The position numbers were made by a program, and so were the translations under genes. Shown piece after piece: positions 30,764-41,440 of a DNA stretch of 47,514 bases. The stretch lies in contig JAYGDO010000438.1 of NCBI GenBank assembly GCA_046582885.1, positions 1 through 47,514 of the forward strand, written 5' to 3'. Source of the stretch: Pirellulales bacterium (GTDB taxonomy: Bacteria; Planctomycetota; Planctomycetia; Pirellulales; UBA7805). Numbering within the stretch: position 1 is the first letter of the stretch; every line of letters begins with the position of its first letter. The notes below the pieces were generated by a model that was not told the DNA's origin, did not search any database, and worked only from the letters and a program-made list of their open reading frames with translations.

Positions 30764-32233
30764 GTGACCATCAGACAACCGCCCCGGGCTGACGACCTCG
30801 CACTGCTAACAGATCTTTACCAGCTGACGATGGCCTTGGGATATTGGAAAATCGGCCGCGGAGAAGAGCAGGCGGTATTCCATCACTTTTTTCGTCAAAA
30901 TCCGTTCCACGGCGGTTACGCCGTGGCTGCCGGACTGGTCGACGTCATCGAATACTTAAATAACTTGAAGTTTTCCAACGCAGCGCTCGAATACCTAGCG
31001 AGCCTGACGGGCAATGACGGGCAGCGATTATTTCCGAATGAGTTTCTAACTTATTTACGAAACCTCGAGTTTGCGTGCGACGTCGACGGGATTCCCGAAG
31101 GCACGGTTGTATTTGCGCAGGAGCCGCTGGTTCGCGTCCGCGGCTCGATACTTCAGTGTCAAATCATCGAAAGCGCGCTGCTGAACTTTGTCAACTTTCA
31201 AACGCTTGTGGCCACCAAGGCCGCGAGAATCTGCGAGGCAGCGGCAGGCGACGCGGTCATCGAATTCGGCTTACGCCGCGCACAGGGAATGAACGGCGCG
31301 CTGGCCGCCAGTCGAGCGGCCTACCTTGGCGGCTGCGTTGCCACGTCAAACGTACTGGCCGGAAAGCGGTTTTCGATTCCGGTCAAGGGCACGCATGCGC
31401 ATAGCTGGGTCATGTCGTTTGACGATGAAGCAGAGTCCTTCAATCAGTACGCCGAGGCGCTACCCAACAATTGCATTTTTCTCGTCGATACATTCGATAC
31501 CGTTGGCGGTGTTCGCCGGGCAATTGCGACGGGGCGTCGCTTGCGAGAACAGGGACACGAAATGGCCGGCATTCGTCTCGATTCAGGCGACTTGGCCTAC
31601 CTCAGCATTGAGTCGAGACGGTTGCTGGACGAAGCGGGATTTCCGGACGCAGCGATTGTTGCCAGCAACGATCTCGACGAACAGATTATCCACGATCTCA
31701 AACAGCAAGGCGCCAAGATCAATGTCTGGGGCGTCGGCACGAAACTCGCCACGGCGTACGATCAACCAGCGCTCGGGGGCGTTTATAAGCTGACGGCGAT
31801 TCGCAAGCCCAACGGAGATTGGCAACATCGAATCAAACTTTCGGAGCAGCCCATCAAAGTCACGACGCCCGGCATCCTACAAATCCGGCGATTTCGTCGG
31901 CAAGACACCTTGATCGCGGACATGATTTACGACGAGCTAACGGGAATTGCCGAACCGACACAAATCGTCAAAACCAAAGACGCGACGCCACCGTACCGAA
32001 TCAACGTAACAAGTGAATATGATGACCTTCTGGTGCCAATCTTTCGCCAGGGCACAAAAGTTTATCAGCCGCCTGCGTTGGACGAGTCGCGGATGCTGGT
32101 GAAATCGCAACTGCAAGCGCTGCATCCCAGTGTGCGCAGGCTCCGAAACCCGGACGAATATCCCGTCGGCTTGGAGGCAAATCTGTTTGAGTTAAAAACT
32201 AGGCTCGCCCGGGAGGTGCGCAATGGTATTTAG
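30764..32233 (+). CDS. pncB: Nicotinate phosphoribosyltransferase
   Basis: LLTDLYQLTM, EFGLRRAQG, GTHAHSW, LVDTFD, IRLDSGD, GVGTKL; GTG 30764 after GGAG. Confidence 0.95.
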   Translation: MTIRQPPRADDLALLTDLYQLTMALGYWKIGRGEEQAVFHHFFRQNPFHGGYAVAAGLVDVIEYLNNLKFSNAALEYLASLTGNDGQRLFPNEFLTYLRNLEFACDVDGIPEGTVVFAQEPLVRVRGSILQCQIIESALLNFVNFQTLVATKAARICEAAAGDAVIEFGLRRAQGMNGALAASRAAYLGGCVATSNVLAGKRFSIPVKGTHAHSWVMSFDDEAESFNQYAEALPNNCIFLVDTFDTVGGVRRAIATGRRLREQGHEMAGIRLDSGDLAYLSIESRRLLDEAGFPDAAIVASNDLDEQIIHDLKQQGAKINVWGVGTKLATAYDQPALGGVYKLTAIRKPNGDWQHRIKLSEQPIKVTTPGILQIRRFRRQDTLIADMIYDELTGIAEPTQIVKTKDATPPYRINVTSEYDDLLVPIFRQGTKVYQPPALDESRMLVKSQLQALHPSVRRLRNPDEYPVGLEANLFELKTRLAREVRNGI

Positions 32234-32348
32234 GCATCGCTCTGCGACCCAAAGCGCCGGCCGGGACCGATTCCTCCTCCCTCGCTGCCCCGTCGGTTTA
32301 CCGTGAAAATGCTACAACTCGCGCTGTGCAACCAATAAGGCCACAAAC

Positions 32349-34346
32349 ATGCAACTGATCAAGGTCGCTGCGACGGCAGTCAACCAAACACCGCTTGCCT
32401 GGGAAGCCAACAAGGCAAACATCCTCTCCGCGATCCGCACGGCCCGCGACAACGATGTCAGCATATTGTGTCTTCCTGAACTATGTATCACAGGTTACGG
32501 CTGCGAAGACGCCTTCCACGCGCCGGGTGTTTGCGAAACAGCGCTGTCGGTACTAGAGGAGATTCTTCCGGAAACGCAAAACCTCATTTTGTCCCTGGGG
32601 TTGCCGGTTCAATTTAGCGGCGGGCTATTTAACGCCGCTTGTCTGATCACAGATTGCCGGATCGTTGGATTCGCCGCGAAGCAAAATCTAGCCGGAGAAG
32701 GTATTCACTACGAGCCGCGTTGGTTCAAACCATGGCCCGCTGATACACACGCGGAGTTGGAAGTCGGCGGGCAATCTCATCCGTTAGGCGATCTGATTTT
32801 CGATTGTGGCGGAGTTTTAATCGGCTTTGAAATCTGCGAAGACGCCTGGGTCGCGGATCGTCCTGGTCGCGACCTGTCGGCGGGCGGCGCAGACGTGATT
32901 TTGAATCCCAGCGCCAGTCATTTTGCCTTCGGCAAACAAGAAATTCGTCGACGTTTTGTGCTCGAGGGATCGCGGGCGTTCGGCGTCACTTATGTTTATG
33001 CAAATCTACTGGGGAACGAAGCGGGACGGGCGATCTATGACGGGGGCACCATGATCGCCAGCAGGGGACAGATGCTGCGGGAAGGCCCTCGCTTTTCGTT
33101 CCGCCACGATGTTTTGACGACGGCGATCGTGGATATCGATGCCACCCGATTGCAGCGGGCTCGGGTCAACAGTTTTCAACCGGACGTGACCGACGAACGA
33201 TCGTCACCGGTGCGCCAGGCGTTTCAGTTTCCGAGCATTCCGCCCACCGCCGAGAGTGCCACGGTCGCAGCCTGGGAAAGCGGCGATTCCGTTAAGGAAG
33301 AGGAATTTTCCCGGGCTGTTGCACTTGGCCTGTTCGATTACCTACGTAAGAGCCGTTCCCACGGATTCGTTGTTTCGTTGAGCGGTGGTGCAGATTCGTC
33401 GTCCGTGGCAACGCTGGTCGCGTTGGCCATACGTTTTGCCATCGATGAATTAGGCATTGACGGCCTGCGGCAAAAGCTGGGTTATATTTCAGAATTGGAT
33501 GGGCAGCTATCTCCGAACGAGATCACTCGACAACTGCTGACTTGCGTCTATCAGTCGACTCGCAACAGTAGCGATACGACTCGCGACGCCGCCCGCGCGT
33601 TGTCCGCAGCGATAGCAGCCGAGTTCCTCGAATTCGATGTCGACAATATCGTTCAAGAGTACGTTCAAATCGTGGCGACCGGGGTTGGTCGTGAATTGAC
33701 CTGGGACCGCGATGACGTGGCGCTGCAAAACATTCAAGCTCGGGCCAGGGCACCGGGAGTGTGGATGGTTGCCAATTTGCGCGGTGCCTTGCTGCTTTCG
33801 ACCAGTAACCGCAGCGAGGCGGCTGTCGGCTACGCGACGATGGATGGCGACACCAGCGGAGGGCTATCGCCGATCGCCGGCATCGACAAGGCATTCCTGC
33901 GGCACTGGCTTGCCTGGATGGAGCGGCAGGGTCCCGCCGGCGTCGGCCAGGTAGCGGCTTTGGCCGAGGTTAATGCCCTGCAACCGACCGCCGAACTGCG
34001 GCCTTTGTCGGCCGGACAGACCGACGAGGTCGATCTCATGCCGTACGAAGTACTCGATGCCATCGAACGCGCGGCCATTCGCGACAAGCATATGCCGTTG
34101 GATGTGTTTCGTTTGATCGAAGTTCAATTCGCTCAGTTTCCACGTGAGCAACTTGGAGTTTGGACGGAAAAATTCTTCCGACTGTGGACTCGCAATCAAT
34201 GGAAGCGAGAGCGCTATGCGCCGTCGTTTCATTTAGACGACGAGAACCTTGATCCCAAAACCTGGTGCCGGTTCCCAATTCTTTCCGGCGGTTTCGAACG
34301 TGAGTTGGCCGAACTAAAAGCCGCATTACTGAAACCTGAAGACTGA
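32349..34346 (+). CDS. nadE: Glutamine-dependent NAD+ synthetase
   Basis: Nitrilase-type domain (PELCITGY, EICED) plus synthetase domain SGGADS, QNIQARAR, NRSE, PTAEL. Confidence 0.95.
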   Translation: MQLIKVAATAVNQTPLAWEANKANILSAIRTARDNDVSILCLPELCITGYGCEDAFHAPGVCETALSVLEEILPETQNLILSLGLPVQFSGGLFNAACLITDCRIVGFAAKQNLAGEGIHYEPRWFKPWPADTHAELEVGGQSHPLGDLIFDCGGVLIGFEICEDAWVADRPGRDLSAGGADVILNPSASHFAFGKQEIRRRFVLEGSRAFGVTYVYANLLGNEAGRAIYDGGTMIASRGQMLREGPRFSFRHDVLTTAIVDIDATRLQRARVNSFQPDVTDERSSPVRQAFQFPSIPPTAESATVAAWESGDSVKEEEFSRAVALGLFDYLRKSRSHGFVVSLSGGADSSSVATLVALAIRFAIDELGIDGLRQKLGYISELDGQLSPNEITRQLLTCVYQSTRNSSDTTRDAARALSAAIAAEFLEFDVDNIVQEYVQIVATGVGRELTWDRDDVALQNIQARARAPGVWMVANLRGALLLSTSNRSEAAVGYATMDGDTSGGLSPIAGIDKAFLRHWLAWMERQGPAGVGQVAALAEVNALQPTAELRPLSAGQTDEVDLMPYEVLDAIERAAIRDKHMPLDVFRLIEVQFAQFPREQLGVWTEKFFRLWTRNQWKRERYAPSFHLDDENLDPKTWCRFPILSGGFERELAELKAALLKPED

Positions 34347-34358
34347 ACACTCGCGTCA

Positions 34359-35048
34359 ATGTCCTTCATCTACAAATACGCACATCCAGCCGTGTCAGTC
34401 GATTGTGTCGTTTTTGGGCTCGCCGATGCGGCCTTAAAAGTTTTGTTGATTCAGCGAGATCAGCCGCCGTTTGCCGGTCTCTGGGCTTTGCCTGGCGGAT
34501 TCGTTGAAATCGACGAGAGCTTGGAAGACGCCGCACGCCGAGAGTTGAAGGAAGAGACAGGCGTCGGTCGAATTTATCTTGAGCAGTTGTACACTTTTGG
34601 TGATCCACACCGCGACCCGCGCGAGCGCGTCATCACGGTTGGTTACTTTGCGCTGGTAGCCATGAAAGACTACCGAGTCCGCGCCGCTTCCGACGCCCGC
34701 GCGGCCAATTGGTTCGCCTTGGACTCGATGCCGAAACTTTCGTTCGATCACGCCACGATCATCAACACGGCCCATCAGCGGCTAAAAAATAAAGTCCGCT
34801 ATCAACCGATTGGTTTCGAGTTATTGCCCAGCAAATTCCCTCTCCGCAATCTGCAGCAACTATACGAAACGATTCTTAACGAACCGATCGACAAGCGCAA
34901 CTTTCGTAAAAAGATACTCAGCATGGATATCCTCGTCGAATTAGACGAAGTCGAAACCGATGTTGCGCACCGGGCGGCGAGACTCTATCAATTCGATAAA
35001 CGCAAATACAACCGTTTGGTCAACGACGGCTTTAGTTTCGAAATCTAG
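34359..35048 (+). CDS. nrtR: NrtR-family Nudix-wHTH transcriptional regulator
   Basis: Nudix box, EQLYTF..P.RDPR, FDH, C-terminal w[12 protein letters not shown]; inside an NAD operon. Confidence 0.9.
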   Translation: MSFIYKYAHPAVSVDCVVFGLADAALKVLLIQRDQPPFAGLWALPGGFVEIDESLEDAARRELKEETGVGRIYLEQLYTFGDPHRDPRERVITVGYFALVAMKDYRVRAASDARAANWFALDSMPKLSFDHATIINTAHQRLKNKVRYQPIGFELLPSKFPLRNLQQLYETILNEPIDKRNFRKKILSMDILVELDEVETDVAHRAARLYQFDKRKYNRLVNDGFSFEI

Positions 35049-35094
35049 CAGTCGAGCAAAACCACCTCGGACGCTTACGGGCATCGGGCAACCA

Positions 35095-35715
35095 ATGAAG
35101 GCACTAATCCTCGTCGATGTTCAAAATGACTTCGTCTCCGGGGGGGCGCTGGCCGTGCCGGACGGCGACCAAATCGTGCCCATCGCAAACCGAATCATGC
35201 CGCAATTCGATCGTACTATCGCCACCCAAGATTGGCATCCCGCGGATCATGCAAGTTTCGCCAGCCAGCACGAAGGCAAACAAGTAGGCGATGTCATCGA
35301 CCTCGACGGTCTGGACCAAATCCTCTGGCCGGACCACTGTGTCCAAGACACGCCGGGCGCTGATTTCGTCAATGCCGTGAATCTAGCCCGCATCGACGCC
35401 GTATTCCAAAAGGGCACTGACCGCACGATCGACAGCTACAGCGGTTTTTTTGACAACGGCCAGCGCAGGGCCACAGGTCTGCGCGATTATCTCGTTGACC
35501 AAGAAATTCGCGAAATCTACATCTGCGGACTGGCGACCGACTATTGCGTAAAATACACGGCGCTCGACGCGCGGCGGCTTGGATTTAAAACCCATTTAAT
35601 CTTAGACGCCTGCCGCGGAGTCAATCTGCAGCCCCGCGACGTACAACGAGCACTGAAGCAACTGCGGCAAGCCGGTGTACGGGTTGTGCCGAGTACCGAC
35701 TTCGCAGCAGTTTAA
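35095..35715 (+). CDS. pncA: Nicotinamidase/pyrazinamidase
   Basis: VDVQNDF, QDWHP..H, WPDHCVQ, KG, YSGF, GLATDYCV. Confidence 0.95.
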   Translation: MKALILVDVQNDFVSGGALAVPDGDQIVPIANRIMPQFDRTIATQDWHPADHASFASQHEGKQVGDVIDLDGLDQILWPDHCVQDTPGADFVNAVNLARIDAVFQKGTDRTIDSYSGFFDNGQRRATGLRDYLVDQEIREIYICGLATDYCVKYTALDARRLGFKTHLILDACRGVNLQPRDVQRALKQLRQAGVRVVPSTDFAAV

Positions 35716-35746
35716 CTCGCATGTGAAGTCATCGGACTTGGTTGCC

Positions 35747-35778
35747 CCGCCATTGAACGCTGGAGGCTTCATTGGCGG
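35747..35778. terminator. Hairpin between convergent pncA and AAA genes (possible terminator)
   Basis: CCGCCA-T-TGAA ... TTCA-T-TGGCGG inverted repeat; no long U tract. Confidence 0.35.
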
Positions 35779-35855
35779 AAACGTGATCGAATCCATATCT
35801 CCAAAGCCGCAACCACATTGGCCGTGGCAACGGGTGACGGCGAACAACGGGGCGA

Positions 35856-38800
35856 CTATTCTTCGTCTTTTTCCAACTTTTCGATCAGTTCCCGATATTG
35901 ATCCAGCGCGGCGTTGAGGCGGTCTCTGAGATACTGCATATCTTCCCGCTGGTCTTGAGAAGCCTGCACGAGCGGGGCCAGCCAGCCTTGCATTAGGTTG
36001 AACTGTTCGCGAACGACACCCAGAATGACGCGGGGGACTTTGTTAACCACTCTGATTTCGTGCGGTAGTGACGCGGCATCGCCGGGCTGCCCAGCCGCGG
36101 GCGGAGGAGTGGCCGGAGGTTGGCCGGCGGCGGGAACCGAGGCTTTTACCGACTCGACCGCCTCGGTTAGCGCCTTGAGTGCGTCGGCTGAGAATGTAGC
36201 GTTCAACTCGGCAGGTCTCGTTGAACTCTGGCCGACGATTTTTCCCATCTGATCCATACCCTGCGTCATCGCTTCACGGATGGCCGCCAAGCTGGATTTG
36301 AAGTCGGCCAAATGGTCGAGCAACTGTCCCATTTGCTCGACCTCTCCGTCGTTGGAAGTGAGCTGCTGAACGCCGGACGTTAGAGCGTTACGGATCGAAT
36401 CGAGGCCGTCGCTGAACACATCCATCTGCGCGATCACCTGTCCGAATTTGTCACCTTCGTCCAGGCCACGGAATTTTAGGTTCCGCGAAAAGGTTCTCCT
36501 AATCTGCTCCCAACGGTTGTTTTCCTCTTCGCTAAGCATGCCGGTCAATTCTTTAAACTTCAGTAAGTTCGCCTCGGCACCGGTCGTCAGTGTTTGCGAA
36601 TCCTGCTCGTAGGCCGAAACGATTAGCGTTTGTAGCTCATCGTCATTCATGATCGGCGAAACTTTTTCGGAAATTCGATTCATGTTTCGGTACGAGCCTT
36701 GCAGTTTGAACGCCGGTTCAGTGCGGTAATCGTCTTGCATCCCAGCGCTGCGGATATACTCGCGATTGACCGCCAGCACCACATCGCGGACTCGCATCAG
36801 TTTGCGCATTGTGGCAACCATCTCCGTCACTTCGTCCATCGAGTAGTTGCCGTCCAGTTCGATCGGCTCATCCCCCGCGGCTTCAGCCATCTTAATGACC
36901 GAATAAATGTCATTCGAGCTGCGTGCGGCGAGCTGCGAGAGGGTCGGATTCGACGTGAGCGAATTTTCCAGGTAGCTCATCTCGAACACGTCGCGGCTGT
37001 CGCCGATGATCTCGCCCAGATTGTAAGTGTCGGCACGATTGGCCAGCATGTCGGGAATCTGAAATTTCTCGCCGCTTTCGGTGTACGGGTTACCGGCCAT
37101 CACGACGCAGACCTTTCGACCGCGAAGGTCGTGAGTCCGCGTCCTACCTTTGTAGACGCCCTCGATTTTTCGCGTGGCATCGCAGAGTGAAATGAACTTC
37201 TGCAAAAACTCCGGGTTGCAGTGCTGGATATCGTCGATGTAGAGCATGATGTTATCGCCCATCTCCAGCGCGAGATTTAGCTTTTCGACTTCCTCGCGGG
37301 CAGCAGCGTTTGGCGCCTCTTGCGGATCGAGCGAGGTGACCTGGTGGCCAACCGCCGGACCGTTAATCTTCATGAAAATGATGCCCAGCCGATTAGCCAT
37401 GTATTCCATCAACGTCGTCTTGCCGTAACCAGGCGGCGAGATGAGCAGTAGCAAGCCCATACGATCCGTCCGCTTTTCGTCGCCCGCCGCGCCGAGCTGT
37501 TTGGCAAAGTTGTCGCCAGCTAGCGGCAGATACACCTTGTCGATCAACTTATTGCGGACAAACGAAGTGAGCACGCGGGGGCGAAACTCATCGAGCCGCA
37601 GTTCTTCACGGGCCTCGTCGACCAATTCTCGCTTGAGATGTGTGTAGTCGTTGTACTTCGGCACAACACCCTCGGCAAACCGCGCTACTCGCGTCATGAA
37701 TTCGTTAAAATTCAATCGCTGGTTGCCGTCCTTAATCACGCCGTGTGTGCCAAGCAACCCTTTCAGGTCACGCGTAACCGGAGTGTGGATGACGCGACTT
37801 TCGTCAAATTCTTTTTCGAGCAGCAGCAACGCCACTTCGTCGCGGTACTCGTTCCACTGCGGCTCGTCGCGCTCGTCCAAAAATGCGCCTATCCAGTCGC
37901 GCGCGAGCAGGAAGCTGCTGACGGCATCTTTGCTCACGGCCTGTAGCGACGCTTCGAGTTCGTGCCGATACGCCTTCAAGTCCAGATGGTCGTAAAACGC
38001 GCGATAGATCTCGCTAGCTTCGCGGCTGATCACCGGCGGTTCGCCGCTGGCAAGCTGCTGAAAGTCGAATTCTCCGGCCTCATCGGCCAGTGTCTCGTCG
38101 AAGCCCGGCCGCTCGTTGCAGAATTGCCCGATCCTAGTTTGTAATTCGGCGATGCAGTCGGCTTGTGTTTTCGTGTCCGCAAACAGCTTTGAGATCTTGC
38201 CGAATCCCTCCAGCCGCGCGGTAAGCAGCGGTTTGCGAATTTTGTCTGCCCAGGCTCGCCAAAAAATACCCGCCAGCGCCCGCGCGGGAGAACTGTACGA
38301 AAGCAGCCCGATCGAAGACTTCAGATCGACCAGTGCCCGCAAATAGATAGCGGCGTCGTGGTCGTGAACACCCTTGATATAACCTTCGCTATATCGAGGA
38401 GCCATGAACTTCTGCACGTGACCGGCGAGTTGTTCGTCGTCGCACACCGCAATGTCCGCCAGCGACGGCATCTCGTCAGTCTGCCCGAGCGACTGCAAAA
38501 TCAGGCGTGCCAGATACTCCGCCCGGTAGACGGTTTTGTTTTCCGACACGACTTCTTGATCCCACACGTTGCGCGTGGCCAGCAGTCGCTCGTCGGTGAT
38601 CGGCTCAAAGAAGTTCGTGCCGGTCAAGTGATAACACAACTCATCATCGTGCATCACCGTCGTCAGATCGAGCGACTGCACGTTAACGGAGAACTTGTGG
38701 CGGCCAAGCTGGATAATATTTTGACCGTCGACAAAAAGCTCTTGTCGGTCCTTCAGCTGGCGAACGGCATCTTCGCGAATTGTCTTCAGCCTGCTCTGTA

Positions 38801-41291
38801 TGTCATCGACCTTGACCGAATCGTCCAGACCGCTCAACTCTTCGGCGATGTCGCGAACCTTCTCAATCATCAGGTCGGACGCGAAATAGCCGTTGATCTC
38901 GTCGACCGAATCCATGTTGTCGATCCGCGCCTTGACGCCTTTCAAAATTCGCTCGGCAGACTTCATTAACGTGTTGGCGCGACGGTTGCGTGCTTCGACC
39001 AATGACAGCCGTCGGGATTCGAACGCGTTGTAGATCTCGTCGCGCTTCTCACCCAATTCGAGCACGAAATCGTCGAACTCAGCGAAACGGCCTTCCATTT
39101 CCTCGATCTGAATCATCACCTTCGTCAGATACTCTTCACATTTCTGCGGCGAGTCACAGACATCGAGGTAGTTGACCACCGCCTGATTGAGCAGCTTGAG
39201 CTGTGAATGAAACTCAGCGGCCCCTTCGGCCGAAGCGAGATCTTGAGACTTCTGTTTCAGTGCTGCCCGGGTCTGGTTCAGTCGCGAGAAAATCGTTGAA
39301 ATGTTGTCGATAATCGAGGTCCGTTGTGTGGCATCCTCGATCTTAAGGTTGCTGACGATCTCAATCAGCATCTCCAACTCGCCGGACGCAGCGGAGACAT
39401 TCTCCAAAACGAGTTTCGCGTCAGCCACCTTGGTCAGACCGTCGATTTTGGCGTGTTCGACCTCGACCCGCTGTTCGTATGGGAGGAGTGATTCTGGATG
39501 GATAAGGAACTCGACGCAGCGTTGGGCCAAGCTATCTGAATGCTCTTCAACCTGCTTTTCCATCGAGTCAATGGCGTCGGCCGCGGCAAATTTCAATTCT
39601 CGCAGCGAGATAATTTCACCGCGGAGACGTCGAAGTTCGGCGAGCGATTCGACGAATTCGCTGACGTCGTCGAAATCGCGAGTTTTAATGGCGTTGACAG
39701 CGGCATCTGTTTCTTTGGTAACCTCCGCGATTTGTTGCTCGGTATTGCGGCGAACGCGGACAACTTTTTCAAACTCATTGATCGCCTTCGAAGCGGTGTC
39801 GCGTACATCGCCGAGTATTTCTTTGAGGTTGTACGCGACCTCATCGTCAATCCAAAAGTACGAATCGACGATATCCGTGGATCGTTTGCTCAGGTCGAGG
39901 TACAGGTTGGCGTACGTGTCTTCTTTGCCGATCAGGTTCAGCACCTCGTGGCATTCGGCCATCGCACGAACGAGGTCGCGGTTGCCGATTTTGTACAGCA
40001 TCGAATCAGTCTTGGCCGTCGAAGCTTGCTCGGTCGTCAAAAACGGCGTCTGCCAAACCTGTACGGCGTGGTGTTTTTCCGGTTCGTCGTGATGGCGAAA
40101 CGAGATCATCACGCCGTCGCCGAACGTCGCGTAGCCGTTACAGACCATCGGTGTGGCGACTTCCTGCGAAATCAGGTTATAAGCCAGCAGCACGTACGTG
40201 CCCGACATACGGTTGAAAAAGACGAACAGAAAATCTTCGCCGTTGCTGGCACGAAGGCGGTTGGTGAAAACTAGATTTTCCGCCGACAAATCGAATGTCT
40301 TGTACTGGCCGGTTTGCAGGTAGTAACCCTTGGGAAAGATCAGCCCGTGGTCGTCAGGCAGCAGCACGCAGGCATCGGCGATGGCGTCCATCCGCCGCGC
40401 TTGCTTAATCTTTTCGTTGTAGACGAAATAGCGAAAGTCCTGCTCTTGATACGGCCGAACCTTCAGCGCAACGATGTTGCCAATGACGACGTAGTAAATC
40501 TCGCCATCGTCGAGCGTCTGGTCTGCGTCGTTGACCGGTTCGGCGTAAATGCCTTCACCGCTGTCGGTGTTATTTTCGATTTTGATTGTCAGATCGCCGC
40601 CGACCGTTTCGACAAACAGCCGATCCTCGATCGACACGTGCGGATGTGCGCCGAAGCGGTACATGTCGCGCGTCGCGCGGATCCATTCGAATTCGTGCTG
40701 GGCCGGGAAGCGAAAGTCGTGATCGCTGCGGTTGTCGAGGTAGCGTATCGAATCGCCTTCGATCAGCCATTTGAAGGTCTTGATATCATCCACGCCCGGC
40801 CCCACGCGGAACACCATGAACAGGTGGGGGCCGATAACCGAAAACTTTGCAAATCGCGTGTGCTTGTAATACTTGTAGAGGTTGCGAAAGTCCTCCTCGA
40901 ACGGACCGCCTCGCAATACGTCGAGCGGCTCGGGATGAAACTCGTCGCCGTCAAAATGATAAACGGCGAAAACGTCTTTGAGCACGGTTTCCGCGCGAAG
41001 ACCGACGTGCACGTTGAACCCAAAAAGAAACCGCCGTCCGATTTCAACCATATCGCGCGGGACGCAGTTGTTGTCGGTCGTGATCCGCTTGGTTGACAGC
41101 AGCGCGGTTTCGATCGAGCCGAAGATCTCTTTGCGGTCATCGTTCAGCCTGTCGAGCCGCGCGCGGAGTTCTGCGCCACTGGCGGCGAGCCGCTTGCGGA
41201 TGATTTCATAGGTTTGGCCTTCCAGCCCGCCTGGCGCGGCGGTTTCGTCCGGCTGGTCGACCGTATCGTCGATGGCTTCGGCTTGTGCCAT
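35856..41291 (-). CDS. Giant AAA+ ATPase, DUF3686-like N-terminus (flotillin-associated family)
   Basis: 1811 aa; YEIIRKRL..., beta-rich N-terminal region, long helical middle, Walker A SPPGYGKTT, Walker B LYIDDIQH, MAGNP, LANRAD. Confidence 0.88.
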   Translation of the reverse strand: MAQAEAIDDTVDQPDETAAPGGLEGQTYEIIRKRLAASGAELRARLDRLNDDRKEIFGSIETALLSTKRITTDNNCVPRDMVEIGRRFLFGFNVHVGLRAETVLKDVFAVYHFDGDEFHPEPLDVLRGGPFEEDFRNLYKYYKHTRFAKFSVIGPHLFMVFRVGPGVDDIKTFKWLIEGDSIRYLDNRSDHDFRFPAQHEFEWIRATRDMYRFGAHPHVSIEDRLFVETVGGDLTIKIENNTDSGEGIYAEPVNDADQTLDDGEIYYVVIGNIVALKVRPYQEQDFRYFVYNEKIKQARRMDAIADACVLLPDDHGLIFPKGYYLQTGQYKTFDLSAENLVFTNRLRASNGEDFLFVFFNRMSGTYVLLAYNLISQEVATPMVCNGYATFGDGVMISFRHHDEPEKHHAVQVWQTPFLTTEQASTAKTDSMLYKIGNRDLVRAMAECHEVLNLIGKEDTYANLYLDLSKRSTDIVDSYFWIDDEVAYNLKEILGDVRDTASKAINEFEKVVRVRRNTEQQIAEVTKETDAAVNAIKTRDFDDVSEFVESLAELRRLRGEIISLRELKFAAADAIDSMEKQVEEHSDSLAQRCVEFLIHPESLLPYEQRVEVEHAKIDGLTKVADAKLVLENVSAASGELEMLIEIVSNLKIEDATQRTSIIDNISTIFSRLNQTRAALKQKSQDLASAEGAAEFHSQLKLLNQAVVNYLDVCDSPQKCEEYLTKVMIQIEEMEGRFAEFDDFVLELGEKRDEIYNAFESRRLSLVEARNRRANTLMKSAERILKGVKARIDNMDSVDEINGYFASDLMIEKVRDIAEELSGLDDSVKVDDIQSRLKTIREDAVRQLKDRQELFVDGQNIIQLGRHKFSVNVQSLDLTTVMHDDELCYHLTGTNFFEPITDERLLATRNVWDQEVVSENKTVYRAEYLARLILQSLGQTDEMPSLADIAVCDDEQLAGHVQKFMAPRYSEGYIKGVHDHDAAIYLRALVDLKSSIGLLSYSSPARALAGIFWRAWADKIRKPLLTARLEGFGKISKLFADTKTQADCIAELQTRIGQFCNERPGFDETLADEAGEFDFQQLASGEPPVISREASEIYRAFYDHLDLKAYRHELEASLQAVSKDAVSSFLLARDWIGAFLDERDEPQWNEYRDEVALLLLEKEFDESRVIHTPVTRDLKGLLGTHGVIKDGNQRLNFNEFMTRVARFAEGVVPKYNDYTHLKRELVDEAREELRLDEFRPRVLTSFVRNKLIDKVYLPLAGDNFAKQLGAAGDEKRTDRMGLLLLISPPGYGKTTLMEYMANRLGIIFMKINGPAVGHQVTSLDPQEAPNAAAREEVEKLNLALEMGDNIMLYIDDIQHCNPEFLQKFISLCDATRKIEGVYKGRTRTHDLRGRKVCVVMAGNPYTESGEKFQIPDMLANRADTYNLGEIIGDSRDVFEMSYLENSLTSNPTLSQLAARSSNDIYSVIKMAEAAGDEPIELDGNYSMDEVTEMVATMRKLMRVRDVVLAVNREYIRSAGMQDDYRTEPAFKLQGSYRNMNRISEKVSPIMNDDELQTLIVSAYEQDSQTLTTGAEANLLKFKELTGMLSEEENNRWEQIRRTFSRNLKFRGLDEGDKFGQVIAQMDVFSDGLDSIRNALTSGVQQLTSNDGEVEQMGQLLDHLADFKSSLAAIREAMTQGMDQMGKIVGQSSTRPAELNATFSADALKALTEAVESVKASVPAAGQPPATPPPAAGQPGDAASLPHEIRVVNKVPRVILGVVREQFNLMQGWLAPLVQASQDQREDMQYLRDRLNAALDQYRELIEKLEKDEE

Positions 41292-41440
41292 AGGGTTGTA
41301 CTACTAATTAAATTGTCCACCGCGCCAACTTGGCGGCTTCGTCCTTCGGCCACGCGTCGTCAGCGGCGGATGGTTTGGGAGTTCAATCTCGGGAAACCGT
41401 ACCGCACAAAGACAAAAAGCCGCATACACTCGGTGGCTTA

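Noticed and set aside
35856-41291. DNA-repair function, a label often attached to this ATPase family
   Set aside because: No SMC/Rad50 signature or nuclease motif visible; the gene context is membrane-related
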